Part shown: in pieces, positions 26,877 through 41,800 of the stretch
How positions within the stretch are numbered: position 1 is the first letter of the stretch
Layout: every line of letters begins with the position of its first letter
Translations under genes and position numbers: made by a program
From: Eledone cirrhosa
Taxonomy: Eukaryota
Length of the DNA: 64,000 nucleotides
Assembly: GCA_964016885.1 (NCBI GenBank)
Contig: OZ024742.1
Location: forward strand, 235,600,001-235,664,000
Direction of reading: 5' to 3'
Notes under the pieces: generated by a model
What the model was told of the DNA's origin: nothing
Databases searched by the model: none
What the model saw: only the letters and a program-made list of their open reading frames with translations

Positions 26877-29800
26877 TGACTGTATCAGAACTATCGTGAG
26901 ATGGAAGGTGACTGTAACAGAACTATTGTGGGATAGAAGGTGACTGTAACACAACAATTATGAGGTGGAAGGTGACTGTAACAGAACTATTGTGGGATGG
27001 AAGGTGACTGTAACAGAACTATTGTGAGATGGAAGGTGACTGTATCAGAACTATTGTGAGATGGAAGGTGACTGTATCAGAACTATTGTGAGATGGAAGG
27101 TGACTGTAACAGAACTATTGTGGGATAGAAGGTGACTGTAACAGAACAATTATGAGGTGGAAGGTGACTGTAGCAGAACTATTGTGAGATGGAAGGTGAC
27201 TGTATGAGAAATATGTGAGATGGAAGGTGACTGCATCAGAACTATTGTGCGATGGAAGGTGACTGTATCAGAACTAATGTGAGATAGAAGGTGACTGTAA
27301 CAGAACTATTGTGAGATGGAAGGTGACTGTATCATATCTATTGTGAGATGGAAGGTGACTGTAACAGAACTATTGTAGTGGAAAGGTGACTGTATCAGAA
27401 CTAATGTAGTTGAAAGATGACTGTATCAGAACTATTGTAGTTGAAAGGTGACTGTAACAGAACTATCGTGAGATGGAAATTGACTGTATCAGAACTATTG
27501 TTGATGGAAGGTGACTGTATCAGAACTATTGTGACATGGAAGGTGACTGTAACAGAACTAATGTGAGACGGAAGGTGACTGTATCAGAACTATTGTGGGA
27601 TGGAAGTTGACTGTAACAGAACTATTGTGAGATGGAAGGTGACTGTATCAGAACTATTGTGAGATGGAAGGTGACTGTAACAGAACTATTGTGGGATAGA
27701 AGGTGACTGTAACAGAACAATTATGAGGTGGAAGGTGACTGTAGCAGAACTATTGTGAGATGGAAGGTGACTGTATGAGAAATATGTGAGATGGAAGGTG
27801 ACTGTATCAGAACTATTGTGCGATGGAAGGTGACTGTATCAGAACTAATGTGAGATAGAAGGTGACTGTATCAGAAATAATGTAGTTGAAAGGTGACTGT
27901 ATCAGAACTAATGTAGTTGATAGGTGACTGTATCAGAACTACTGTAGTTGAAAGGTGACTGTATCAGAACTATTGTAGTTGAAAGGTGACTGTATCAGAG
28001 CTATTGTAGTTGAAAGGTGACTGTATCAGAACTCTTGTAGTGGAAAGGTGACTTTATAAGAACTATTGTAGTTGAAAGGTGACTGTATCAGAGCTCACGT
28101 AGTTGAAAGGTGACTGTATCAGAACTATTGTAGTTGAAATGTGACTGTATCAGAACTATTGTAGTTGAAAGGTGACTGTATCAGAACTATTGTAGTAGAA
28201 AGGTGACTGTATCAGAACTAATGTAGTTGAAAGGTGACTGTATCAGAACTATTGTAGTTGAAAGGTGACTGTATCAGAACTATTGTAGTAGAAAGGTGAC
28301 TGTATCAGAACCATTGTAGTTGAAAGGTGACTGTATCAGAACTATTGTAGTGGAAAGGTGACTGTATCAGAACTATTGTAGTAGAAAGGTGACTGTATCA
28401 GAACTATTGTAGTTGAAAGGTGACTGTATCAGAACTATTGTAGTGGAAAGGTGACTGTATCAGAACTATTGTAGTAGAAAGGTGACTGTATCAGAACTAT
28501 TGTAGTTGAAAGGTGACTGTATCAGAACTATTGTAGTTGAAAGGTGACTGTATCAGAACTATTGTAGTTGAAAGGTGACTGTATCAGAACTATTGTAGTT
28601 GAAAGGTGACTGTATCAGAACTATTGTAGTGGAAAGGTGACTTTATCAGAACTATTGTAGTTGAAAGGTGACTGTATCAGAACTAATGTAGTTGATAGGT
28701 GAGTGTATCAGAACTAATGTAGTTGAAAGGTGACTGTATAAGAACTAATGTAGTTGAAAGGTGACTGTATCAGAACTATTGTAGTAGAAAGGTGACTGTA
28801 TCAGAACTATTGTAGTGGAAAGGTGACTATATCAGAACTAATGTAGTTGAAAGGTGACTGTATCAGAACTATTGTAGTTGAAAGGTGACTGTATCAGAAC
28901 TATTGTAGTAGAAAGGTGACTGTATCAGAACTATTGTAGTTGAAAGGTGACTGTATCAGAACTATTGTAGTGGAAAGGTGACTTTATAAGAACTATTGTA
29001 GTTGAAAGGTGACTGTATCAGAACTATTGTAGTTGAAAGGTGACTGTAACAGAACTAATGTAGTAGAAAGGTGACTGTATCAGAGCTAACGTAGTTGAAA
29101 GGTAACTGTATCAGAACTATTGTAGTTGAAAGGTGACTGTATCAGAACTATTGCAGTTGAAAGGTGACTGTATCAGAACTATTGTAGTAGAAAGGTGACT
29201 GTATCAGAACTAATGTAGTTGAAAGGTGACTGTATGAGAACTATTGTAGTTGAAAGGTCACTGTATCAGAACTATTGTAGTAGAAAGGTGACTGTATCAG
29301 AACCATTGTAGTTGAAAGGTGACTGTATCAGAACTATTGTAGTGGAAAGGTGACTGTATCAGAACTATTGTAGTAGAAAGGTGACTGTATCAGAACTATT
29401 GTAGTTGAAAGGTGACTGTATCAGAACTATTGTAGTGGAAAGGTGACTGTATCAGAACTATTGTAGTAGAAAGGTGACTGTATCAGAACTATTGTAGTTG
29501 AAAGGTGACTGTATCAGAACTATTGTAGTTGAAAGGTGACTGTATCAGAACTATTGTAGTTGAAAGGTGACTGTATCAGAACTATTGTAGTTGAAAGGTG
29601 ACTGTATCAGAACTATTGTAGTTGAAAGGTGACTGTATCAGAACTATTGTAGTGGAAAGGTGACTTTATCAGAACTATTGTAGTTGAAAGGTGACTGTAT
29701 CAGAACTAATGTAGTTGATAGGTGAGTGTATCAGAACTAATGTAGTTGAAAGGTGACTGTATAAGAACTAATGTAGTTGAAAGGTGACTGTATCAGAACT

Positions 29801-32800
29801 ATTGTAGTTGAAAGGTGACTGTATCAGAACTATTGTAGTAGAAAGGTGACTGTATCAGAACTATTGTAGTTGAAAGGTGACTGTATCAGAACTATTGTAG
29901 TGGAAAGGTGACTGTATCAGAACTAATGTAGTTGAAAGGTGACTGTATCAGAACTATTGTAGTTGAAAGGTCACTGCATCCGAAATATTGTAGTTGAAAG
30001 TTGATTGTATCCGAAGTATTGTAGTTGAAAGGTGACTGTATCAGAACTATTGTGAGATGGAAGGTGACTGTATCAGAACTATTGTAGTTGAAAGGTGTCT
30101 GTATCTGAACTATTGTAGTTGAAAGGTGACTGTATCAGAACTATTGTAGTAGAAAGGTGACTGTATCAGAACTATTGTAGTTGAAAGGTGACTGTATCAG
30201 AACTATTGTAGTGGAAAGGTGACTGTATCAGAACTAATGTAGTTGAAAGGTGACTGTATCAGAACTATTGTAGTTGAAAGGTGACTGTATCAGAACTATT
30301 GTAGTAGAAAGGTGACTGTATCAGAACTAATGTAGTAGAAAGGTGACTGTATCAGAACTAATGTAGTTGATAGGTGACTGTATCAGAACTAATGTAGTTG
30401 AAAGGTGACTGTATCAGAACTAATGTAGTTGATAGGTGACTTTATCAGAACTACTGTAGTTGAAAGGTGACTGTATCAGAACTATTGTAGTTGAAAGGTG
30501 ACTGTATCAGAACTATTGTAGTTGAAAGGTGACTGTATCAGAGCTATTGTAGTTGAAAGGTGACTGTATCAGAACTATTGTAGTTGAAAGGTGACTGTAT
30601 CAGAACTATTTTGCGATGGAAGGTGACTGTATGAGTACTATTGTGAAATGGAAGGTGAATGTATGAGAACTATTGTGAGATGGAAGGTGACTGTATCAGA
30701 ACTATTGTTGATGGAAGGTGACTGTATCAGAACTATTGTGAGATGGAAGGTGACTGTAACAGAACTATTGTGAGATGGAAGGTGACTGTATCAGAACCAA
30801 TGTGAGATGGAAGGTGACTGTATCAGAACTATTGTTAGATGAAAGGTGACTGTATCAGAACTATTGTCAGATGGAAGGTGCCTGTATCAGAACTAATGTG
30901 AAATGGAAGGTGACTGTATGAGATCTATGGTGAGATGGAAGGTGACTGTATCAGAACAATTGCGAAATGGACGTTGACTGTATCAGAACCAATGTGAGAT
31001 GGAAGGTGACTGTATCAGAACTATTATGAGGTGGAAGGTGACTGTAACAGAACTATTGTGAGATGGAAGTTGACTGTATCAGAACTAATGTGAGATGGAA
31101 GGTGACTGTATCAGAACTATTATGAGGTGAAAGGTGACTGTAACAGAACTATTGTGAGATGGAAGTTGACTGTATCAGAACTATTGTTGATGGAAGGTGA
31201 CTGTATCAGAACTATTGTGAGATGGAAGGTGACTGTAACAGAACTAATGTGAGACGGAAGGTGACTGTATCAGAACTATTGTGGGATGGAAGTTGACTGT
31301 AACAGAACTATTGTGAGATGGAAGGTTACTGTAACAGAACTATTGTGAGATGGAAGGTGACTGTATCAGAACTATTGTGAGATTGAAGGTGACTGTATCA
31401 GAACTATTGTAGTTGAAAGGTGACTGTATCAGAAGTATTGTAGTAGAAAGGTGACTGTATCAGAACTATTGTAGTTGAAAGGTGACTGTATCAGAACTAT
31501 TGTAGTGGAAAGATGACTGTATCAGAACTATTGTAGTTGAAAGGTGACTGCATCCGAAATTTTGTAGTTGAAAGTCGACTGTATCCGAAGTATTGTAGTT
31601 GAAAGGTGACTGTATCAGAACTATTGTGAGATGGAAGGTGACTCTATCAGAACTATTGTAGTTGAAAGGTGACTGTATCAGAACTATTGTAGTAGAAAGG
31701 TGACTGTATCAGAACTATTGTTGTTGAAAGGTGAGTGTATCAGAACTATTGTAGTTGAAAGGTGACTGTATCAGAACTATTGTAGTAGAAAGGTGACTGT
31801 ATCAGAACTATTGTAGTTGAAAGGTGACTGTATCAGAACTATTGTAGTGGAAAGGTGACTGTATCAGAACTATTGTAGTAGAAAGGTGACTGTATCAGAA
31901 CTATTGTAGTGGAAAGGTGACTGTATCAGAACTAATGTAGTTGAAAGGTGACTGTATCAGAACTATTGTAGTTGAAAGGTGACTGTATCAGAACTATTGT
32001 AGTAGAAAGGTGACTGTATCAGAACTAATGTAGTAGAAAGGTGACTGTATCAAACTAATGTAGTTGATAGGTGACTGTATCAGAAATAATGTAGTTGAAA
32101 GGTGACTGTATCAGAACTAATGTAGTTGATAGGTGACTGTATCAGAACTACTGTAGTTGAAAGGTGACTGTATCAGAAATAATGTAGTTGAAAGGTGACT
32201 GTATCAGAACTATTGTAGTTGAAAGGTGACTGTATCAGAACTATTGTAGATGAAAGGTGACTGTATCAGAGCTATTGTAGTTGAAAGGTGACTGTATCAG
32301 AACTATTGTAGTTGAAAGGTGACTGTATCAGAACCATTTTGCGATGGAAGGTGACTGTATCAGTACTATTGTGAAATGGAAGGTGAATGTATGAGAACTA
32401 TTGTGAGATGGAAGGTGACTGTATCAGAAATATTGTTGATGGAAGGTGACTGTATCAGAACTATTGTGAGATGGAAGGTGACTGTAACAGAACTATTGTG
32501 AGATGGAAGGTGACTGTATCAGAACCAATGTGAGATGGAAGGTGACTGTATCAGAACTATTGTTAGATGAAAGGTGACTGTATCAGAACTATTGTCAGAT
32601 GGAAGGTGACTGTATCAGAACTAATGTGAGATGGAAGGTGACTGTAACAGAACTATTGTGAGATGGAAGGTGACTGTATCAGTACTATTGTAAAATGGAA
32701 GATGACTGTATGAGATCTATGGTGAGATGGAAGGTGACTGTATCAGAACTATTGCGAAATGGACGTTGACTGTATCAGAACCAATGTGAGATGGAAGGTG

Positions 32801-35800
32801 ACTGTATCAGAACTATTATGAGGTGGAAGGTGACTTTAACAGAACTATTGTGAGATGGAAGTTGACTGTATCAGAACTAATGTGAGATGGAAGGTGACTG
32901 TATTAGAACTATTATGAGATGAAAGGTGACTGTAACAGAACTATTGTGAGATGGAAGTTGACTGTATCAGAACTATTGTTGATGGAAGGTGACTGTATCA
33001 GAACTATTGTGAGATGGAAGGTGACTGTAACAGAACTAATGTGAGACGGAAGGTGACTGTATCAGAACTATTGTGGGATGGAAGTTGACTGTAACAGAAC
33101 TATTGTGAGATGGAAGGTTACTGTAACAGAACTATTGTGAGATGGAAGGTGACTGTATCAGAACTATTGTGAGATGGAAGGTGATGGTAAAAGAGCTAAT
33201 GTGAGATGGAAGGTGACTGTAACAGAACTATTGTGAGATGGAAGGTGACTGTATCAGAACTATTGTGAGATGGAAGGTGACTGTAACAGAACTATTGTGG
33301 GATAGAGGGTGACTGTAACAGAACAATTATGAGGTGGAAGGTGACTGTAACAGAACTATTGTGAGATGGAAGGTGACTGTATGAGAACTATGTGAGATGG
33401 AAGGTGACTGTATCAGAACTATTGTGCGATGGAAGGTGACTGTATCAGAACTAATGTGAGATAGAAGGTGACTGTAACAGAACTATTGTGAGATGGAAGG
33501 TGACTGTAACAGAACTATTGTAGTGGAAAGGTGACTGTATCAGAACTATTGTAGTTGAAAGGTGACTCTATCAGAATTATTGTAGTGGAAAGGTGACTGT
33601 ATCAGAACTAATGTAGTTGAAAGGTGACTGTATCATAACTAATGTAGTTGAAAGGTGACTGTATAAGAACTAATGTAGTTGAAAGGTGACTGTATCAGAA
33701 CTATTGTAGTAGAAAGGTGACTGTATCAGAACTATTGTAGTGTAAAGGTGACTGTATCAGAACTAATGTAGTTGAAAGGTGACTGTATCAGAACTATTGT
33801 AGTGTAAAGGTGACTGTATCAGAACTAATGTAGTTGAAAGGTGACTGTATCAGAACTATTGTAGTTGAAAGGTGACAGTATCAGAACTATTGTAGTGGAA
33901 AGGTGACTGTATCAGAACTATTGTAGTTGAAAGGTGACTGTATCAGAACTATTGTAGTTGAAAGGTGACTGTATCAGAACTATTGTAGTTGAAAGGTGAC
34001 TGTATCAGAACTATTGTGAGATGGAAGGTGACTGTATCAGAACTATTGTAGTGGAAAGGTGACTGTATCAGAACTATTGTGAGCTGGAAGGTGACTGTAT
34101 CAGAACTATTGTGAGATAGAAGGTGACTCTATCAGAACTATTGTGAGATAGAAGGTGACTGTATGAGAACTATTGTTGTTGAAAGGTGACTGTATCAGAA
34201 CTAATGTAGTAGATAGGTGACTGTATCAGAACTAATGTAGTTGAAAGATGAATGTATCAGAACTATCGTAGTTGAAAGGTGACTGTATCAGAACTATCGT
34301 AGTTGAAAGGTGACTGTATCAGAACTATTGTAGTGGAAAGGTGACTGTATCAGAACTATTGTAGTTGAAAGGTGACTGCATCAGAATTATTGTAGTTGAA
34401 AGGTGACTGTATCAGAACTATTGTGAGATGGAAGGTGACTGTATCAGAACTATTGTGAGATAGAAGGTGACTGTATCAGAACTATTGTGAGATAGAAGGT
34501 GACTGTATGAGAACTATTGTTGTTGAAAGGTGACTGTATCAGAACTAATGTAGTAGAAAGGTGACTGTATCAGAAATATTATAGTAGAAATGTGACTGTA
34601 TCAGAACTAATGTAGTTGAAAGATGACTGTATCAGAACTATTGTAGTTGAAAGGTGACAGTATCAGAACTATTGTGAGATGGAAGGTGACTGTATCAGAA
34701 CTATTGTTGTTGAAATGTGACTGTATCAGAACTATTGTAGTTGAAAGGTGACTGTATCAGAACTAATGTAGTTGAAATGTGACTGTATCAGAACTATTGT
34801 AGTTGAAAGGTGACTGTATCGGAACTATTGTAGTTGAAAGGTGACTGTATCAGAACTAATGTAGTTGAAAGGTGACTGTATAAGAACTATTGTAGTAGAA
34901 AGGTGGCTGTATCAGAACTAATGTAGTGTAAAGGTGACTGTATCAGAACTATTGTGAGATGGAAGGTGACTGTATCAGAACTATTGTAGTGGAAAGGTGA
35001 CTGTATAAGAACTATTGTAGTTGAAAGGTGACTGTATAAGAGCTAACGTAGTTGAAAGGTGACTTTATCAGAAATATTGTAGTTGAAAGGTGACTGTATG
35101 AGAACTAATGTAGTGGGAAAGGTGACTGTATCAGAACTAATGTAGTTGAAAGGTGACTGTATAACAATTAATTTAGTCGAAAGGTGACTCTATCAGAACT
35201 ATTGTAGTTGAAAGGTGACTGTATCAGAATTATTGTAGTAGAAAGGTGACTGTATCAGAACTAATATAGTTGAAAGGTGACTGTATCAGAAATATTGTGA
35301 GATGGAAGGTGACTGTATCAGAACTATTGTAGTGGAAAGGTGACTATATAAGAACTATTGTAGTTGAAAGGTGACTGTATCAGAAGTATTGTAGTTGAAA
35401 GGTGACTGTATCGGAACTAATGTAGTTGAAAGGTGACTGTATCAGAACTAACGTTGTTGAAATGTGACTGTATCAGAATTAATGTAGTTGAAAGGTGACC
35501 GTATAAGAATTAATGTAGTTGAAAGGTGACTGTATCAGAGCTATTGTAGTTGAAAGGTGACTGTATGAGAACTATTGTAGTTGATAGGTGACTGTATCAG
35601 AACTATTGTAGTTGAAAGGTGACTGTATCAGAACTAACGTTGTTGAAAGGTGACTGTATCAGAACTATTGTAGTTGAAAGGTGACTGTATGAGAACTATT
35701 GTAGTTGATAGGTGACTGTATCAGAACTATTGTAGTTGAAAGGTGACTGTATCAGAACTATTGTAGTTGAAAGGTGACTGTATCAGAACTATTGTAGTTG

Positions 35801-38800
35801 AAAGGTGACTGTATCAGAGCTATTGTAGTTGAAAGGTGACTGTATCAGAACTATTGTGCGAAGGAAGGTCACTGTATCAGAACTAATGTGAGATAGAAGG
35901 TGACTGTAACAGAGCTATTGTGGGATGGAAGGTGACTGTATGAGAACTATTGTGAGATGGAAGGTGACTGTATGAGAACTATTGTGTGATGGAAGGTGAC
36001 TGTAACAGAACTATTGTGAGATGGAAGGTGACTGTATGAGAACTATTGTGAGATGGAAGGTGACTGTAACAGAACTATTGTGAGATGGAAGGTGACTGTA
36101 ACAGAACTATCGTGAGATGGAGGTGACTGTATGAGAACTATTGTGAGATGGAAGGTGACTGTAACAGAACTATTGTGAGATGGAAGGTGACTGTAACAGA
36201 ACTATTGTGGGATGGAAGGTGACTGTATCAGAACTATTGTGAGATGGAAGGTGACTGTAACAGAACTATTGTGAGATGGAAGGTGACTGTATCAGAACTA
36301 TTGTGAGATGGAAGGTGACTGTATCAGAACTATTGTGAGATGGAAGGTGACTGTATCAGAACTATTGTAGTTGAAAGGTGTCTGTATCTGAACTATTGTA
36401 GTTGAAAGGTGACTGTATCAGAACTATTGTAGTAGAAAGGTGACCGTATCAGAAATATTGTAGTTGAAAGGTGACTGTATCAGAACTATTGTAGTGGAAA
36501 GGTGACTGTATCAGACCTATTGTAATTGAAAGGTGACTGTATCAGAACTATTGTAGTAGAAAGGTGACTGTATCAGAACTATTGTAGTTGAAAGGTGACT
36601 GTATCAGAACTATTGTAGTGGAAAGGTGACTGTATCAGAACTATTGTAGTAGAAAGGTGACTGTATCAGAACTATTGTAGTGGAAAGGTGACTGTATCAG
36701 AACTAATGTAGTTGAAAGGTGACTGTATCAGAACTAATGTAGTTGATAGGTGACTGTATCAGAACTACTGTAGTTGAAAGGTGACTGTATCAGAACTATT
36801 GTAGTTGAAAGGTGACTGTATCAGAACTATTGTAGTTGAAAGGTGACTGTATCAGAGCTATTGTAGTTGAAAGGTGACTGTATCAGAACTATTGTAGTTG
36901 AAAGGTGACTGTATCAGAACTATTTTGCGATGGAAGGTGACTGTATCAGTACTATTGTGAAATGGAAGGTGAATGTATGAGAACTATTGTGAGATGGAAG
37001 GTGACTGTATCAGAACTATTGTTGATGGAAGGTGACTGTAACAGAACTATTGTGAGATGGAAGGTGACTGTATCAGAACCAATGTGAGATGGAAGGTGAC
37101 TGTATCAGAACTATTGTTAGATGAAAGGTGACTGTATCAGAACTATTGTCAGATGGAAGGTGACTGTATCAGAACTAATGTGAGATGGAAGGTGACTGTA
37201 ACAGAACTATTGTGAGATGGAAGGTGACTGTATCAGTACTATTGTGAAATGGAAGATGACTGTATCAGAACTATCGTGAGATGGAAGGTGACTGTAACAG
37301 AACTATTGTGGGATAGAAGGTGACTGTAACACAACAATTATGAGGTGGAAGGTGACTGTAACAGAACTATTGTGGGATGGAAGGTGACTGTAACAGAACT
37401 ATTGTGAGATGGAAGGTGACTGTATCAGAACTATTGTGAGATGGAAGGTGACTGTATCAGAACTATTGTGAGATGGAAGGTGACTGTAACAGAACTATTG
37501 TGGGATAGAAGGTGACTGTAACAGAACAATTATGAGGTGGAAGGTGACTGTAGCAGAACTATTGTGAGATGGAAGGTGACTGTATGAGAAATATGTGAGA
37601 TGGAAGGTGACTGCATCAGAACTATTGTGCGATGGAAGGTGACTGTATCAGAACTAATGTGAGATAGAAGGTGACTGTAACAGAACTATTGTGAGATGGA
37701 AGGTGACTGTATCATATCTATTGTGAGATGGAAGGTGACTGTAACAGAACTATTGTAGTGGAAAGGTGACTGTATCAGAACTAATGTAGTTGAAAGATGA
37801 CTGTATCAGAACTATTGTAGTTGAAAGGTGACTGTAACAGAACTATCGTGAGATGGAAATTGACTGTATCAGAACTATTGTTGATGGAAGGTGACTGTAT
37901 CAGAACTATTGTGACATGGAAGGTGACTGTAACAGAACTAATGTGAGACGGAAGGTGACTGTATCAGAACTATTGTGGGATGGAAGTTGACTGTAACAGA
38001 ACTATTGTGAGATGGAAGGTGACTGTATCAGAACTATTGTGAGATGGAAGGTGACTGTAACAGAACTATTGTGGGATAGAAGGTGACTGTAACAGAACAA
38101 TTATGAGGTGGAAGGTGACTGTAGCAGAACTATTGTGAGATGGAAGGTGACTGTATGAGAAATATGTGAGATGGAAGGTGACTGTATCAGAACTATTGTG
38201 CGATGGAAGGTGACTGTATCAGAACTAATGTGAGATAGAAGGTGACTGTATCAGAAATAATGTAGTTGAAAGGTGACTGTATCAGAACTAATGTAGTTGA
38301 TAGGTGACTGTATCAGAACTACTGTAGTTGAAAGGTGACTGTATCAGAACTATTGTAGTTGAAAGGTGACTGTATCAGAGCTATTGTAGTTGAAAGGTGA
38401 CTGTATCAGAACTCTTGTAGTGGAAAGGTGACTTTATAAGAACTATTGTAGTTGAAAGGTGACTGTATCAGAGCTCACGTAGTTGAAAGGTGACTGTATC
38501 AGAACTATTGTAGTTGAAATGTGACTGTATCAGAACTATTGTAGTTGAAAGGTGACTGTATCAGAACTATTGTAGTAGAAAGGTGACTGTATCAGAACTA
38601 ATGTAGTTGAAAGGTGACTGTATCAGAACTATTGTAGTTGAAAGGTGACTGTATCAGAACTATTGTAGTAGAAAGGTGACTGTATCAGAACCATTGTAGT
38701 TGAAAGGTGACTGTATCAGAACTATTGTAGTGGAAAGGTGACTGTATCAGAACTATTGTAGTAGAAAGGTGACTGTATCAGAACTATTGTAGTTGAAAGG

Positions 38801-41800
38801 TGACTGTATCAGAACTATTGTAGTGGAAAGGTGACTGTATCAGAACTATTGTAGTAGAAAGGTGACTGTATCAGAACTATTGTAGTTGAAAGGTGACTGT
38901 ATCAGAACTATTGTAGTTGAAAGGTGACTGTATCAGAACTATTGTAGTTGAAAGGTGACTGTATCAGAACTATTGTAGTTGAAAGGTGACTGTATCAGAA
39001 CTATTGTAGTGGAAAGGTGACTTTATCAGAACTATTGTAGTTGAAAGGTGACTGTATCAGAACTAATGTAGTTGATAGGTGAGTGTATCAGAACTAATGT
39101 AGTTGAAAGGTGACTGTATAAGAACTAATGTAGTTGAAAGGTGACTGTATCAGAACTATTGTAGTAGAAAGGTGACTGTATCAGAACTATTGTAGTGGAA
39201 AGGTGACTATATCAGAACTAATGTAGTTGAAAGGTGACTGTATCAGAACTATTGTAGTTGAAAGGTGACTGTATCAGAACTATTGTAGTAGAAAGGTGAC
39301 TGTATCAGAACTATTGTAGTTGAAAGGTGACTGTATCAGAACTATTGTAGTGGAAAGGTGACTTTATAAGAACTATTGTAGTTGAAAGGTGACTGTATCA
39401 GAACTATTGTAGTTGAAAGGTGACTGTAACAGAACTAATGTAGTAGAAAGGTGACTGTATCAGAGCTAACGTAGTTGAAAGGTAACTGTATCAGAACTAT
39501 TGTAGTTGAAAGGTGACTGTATCAGAACTATTGCAGTTGAAAGGTGACTGTATCAGAACTATTGTAGTAGAAAGGTGACTGTATCAGAACTAATGTAGTT
39601 GAAAGGTGACTGTATGAGAACTATTGTAGTTGAAAGGTCACTGTATCAGAACTATTGTAGTAGAAAGGTGACTGTATCAGAACCATTGTAGTTGAAAGGT
39701 GACTGTATCAGAACTATTGTAGTGGAAAGGTGACTGTATCAGAACTATTGTAGTAGAAAGGTGACTGTATCAGAACTATTGTAGTTGAAAGGTGACTGTA
39801 TCAGAACTATTGTAGTGGAAAGGTGACTGTATCAGAACTATTGTAGTAGAAAGGTGACTGTATCAGAACTATTGTAGTTGAAAGGTGACTGTATCAGAAC
39901 TATTGTAGTTGAAAGGTGACTGTATCAGAACTATTGTAGTTGAAAGGTGACTGTATCAGAACTATTGTAGTTGAAAGGTGACTGTATCAGAACTATTGTA
40001 GTTGAAAGGTGACTGTATCAGAACTATTGTAGTGGAAAGGTGACTTTATCAGAACTATTGTAGTTGAAAGGTGACTGTATCAGAACTAATGTAGTTGATA
40101 GGTGAGTGTATCAGAACTAATGTAGTTGAAAGGTGACTGTATAAGAACTAATGTAGTTGAAAGGTGACTGTATCAGAACTATTGTAGTTGAAAGGTGACT
40201 GTATCAGAACTATTGTAGTAGAAAGGTGACTGTATCAGAACTATTGTAGTTGAAAGGTGACTGTATCAGAACTATTGTAGTGGAAAGGTGACTGTATCAG
40301 AACTAATGTAGTTGAAAGGTGACTGTATCAGAACTATTGTAGTTGAAAGGTCACTGCATCCGAAATATTGTAGTTGAAAGTTGATTGTATCCGAAGTATT
40401 GTAGTTGAAAGGTGACTGTATCAGAACTATTGTGAGATGGAAGGTGACTGTATCAGAACTATTGTAGTTGAAAGGTGTCTGTATCTGAACTATTGTAGTT
40501 GAAAGGTGACTGTATCAGAACTATTGTAGTAGAAAGGTGACTGTATCAGAACTATTGTAGTTGAAAGGTGACTGTATCAGAACTATTGTAGTGGAAAGGT
40601 GACTGTATCAGAACTAATGTAGTTGAAAGGTGACTGTATCAGAACTATTGTAGTTGAAAGGTGACTGTATCAGAACTATTGTAGTAGAAAGGTGACTGTA
40701 TCAGAACTAATGTAGTAGAAAGGTGACTGTATCAGAACTAATGTAGTTGATAGGTGACTGTATCAGAACTAATGTAGTTGAAAGGTGACTGTATCAGAAC
40801 TAATGTAGTTGATAGGTGACTTTATCAGAACTACTGTAGTTGAAAGGTGACTGTATCAGAACTATTGTAGTTGAAAGGTGACTGTATCAGAACTATTGTA
40901 GTTGAAAGGTGACTGTATCAGAGCTATTGTAGTTGAAAGGTGACTGTATCAGAACTATTGTAGTTGAAAGGTGACTGTATCAGAACTATTTTGCGATGGA
41001 AGGTGACTGTATGAGTACTATTGTGAAATGGAAGGTGAATGTATGAGAACTATTGTGAGATGGAAGGTGACTGTATCAGAACTATTGTTGATGGAAGGTG
41101 ACTGTATCAGAACTATTGTGAGATGGAAGGTGACTGTAACAGAACTATTGTGAGATGGAAGGTGACTGTATCAGAACCAATGTGAGATGGAAGGTGACTG
41201 TATCAGAACTATTGTTAGATGAAAGGTGACTGTATCAGAACTATTGTCAGATGGAAGGTGCCTGTATCAGAACTAATGTGAAATGGAAGGTGACTGTATG
41301 AGATCTATGGTGAGATGGAAGGTGACTGTATCAGAACAATTGCGAAATGGACGTTGACTGTATCAGAACCAATGTGAGATGGAAGGTGACTGTATCAGAA
41401 CTATTATGAGGTGGAAGGTGACTGTAACAGAACTATTGTGAGATGGAAGTTGACTGTATCAGAACTAATGTGAGATGGAAGGTGACTGTATCAGAACTAT
41501 TATGAGGTGAAAGGTGACTGTAACAGAACTATTGTGAGATGGAAGTTGACTGTATCAGAACTATTGTTGATGGAAGGTGACTGTATCAGAACTATTGTGA
41601 GATGGAAGGTGACTGTAACAGAACTAATGTGAGACGGAAGGTGACTGTATCAGAACTATTGTGGGATGGAAGTTGACTGTAACAGAACTATTGTGAGATG
41701 GAAGGTTACTGTAACAGAACTATTGTGAGATGGAAGGTGACTGTATCAGAACTATTGTGAGATTGAAGGTGACTGTATCAGAACTATTGTAGTTGAAAGG

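Larger units (their letters stand above)
15279..35200 (+). repeat. ~10-kb tandem duplication 1 (about 15279-25307 repeated at about 25308-35200)
   Basis: ACTATTGTAAGATGG 15391/25420, CACAACAATT 16921/26950 and AGAGCTCACG 18061/28090 (offset 10029); TTGATTGTAT 20065/30001 and AAAGTCGACT 21635/31571 (9936); TAAAAGAGCT 23221/33188 (9967); AACAATTAAT 25292/35163 (9871). Confidence 0.93.
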
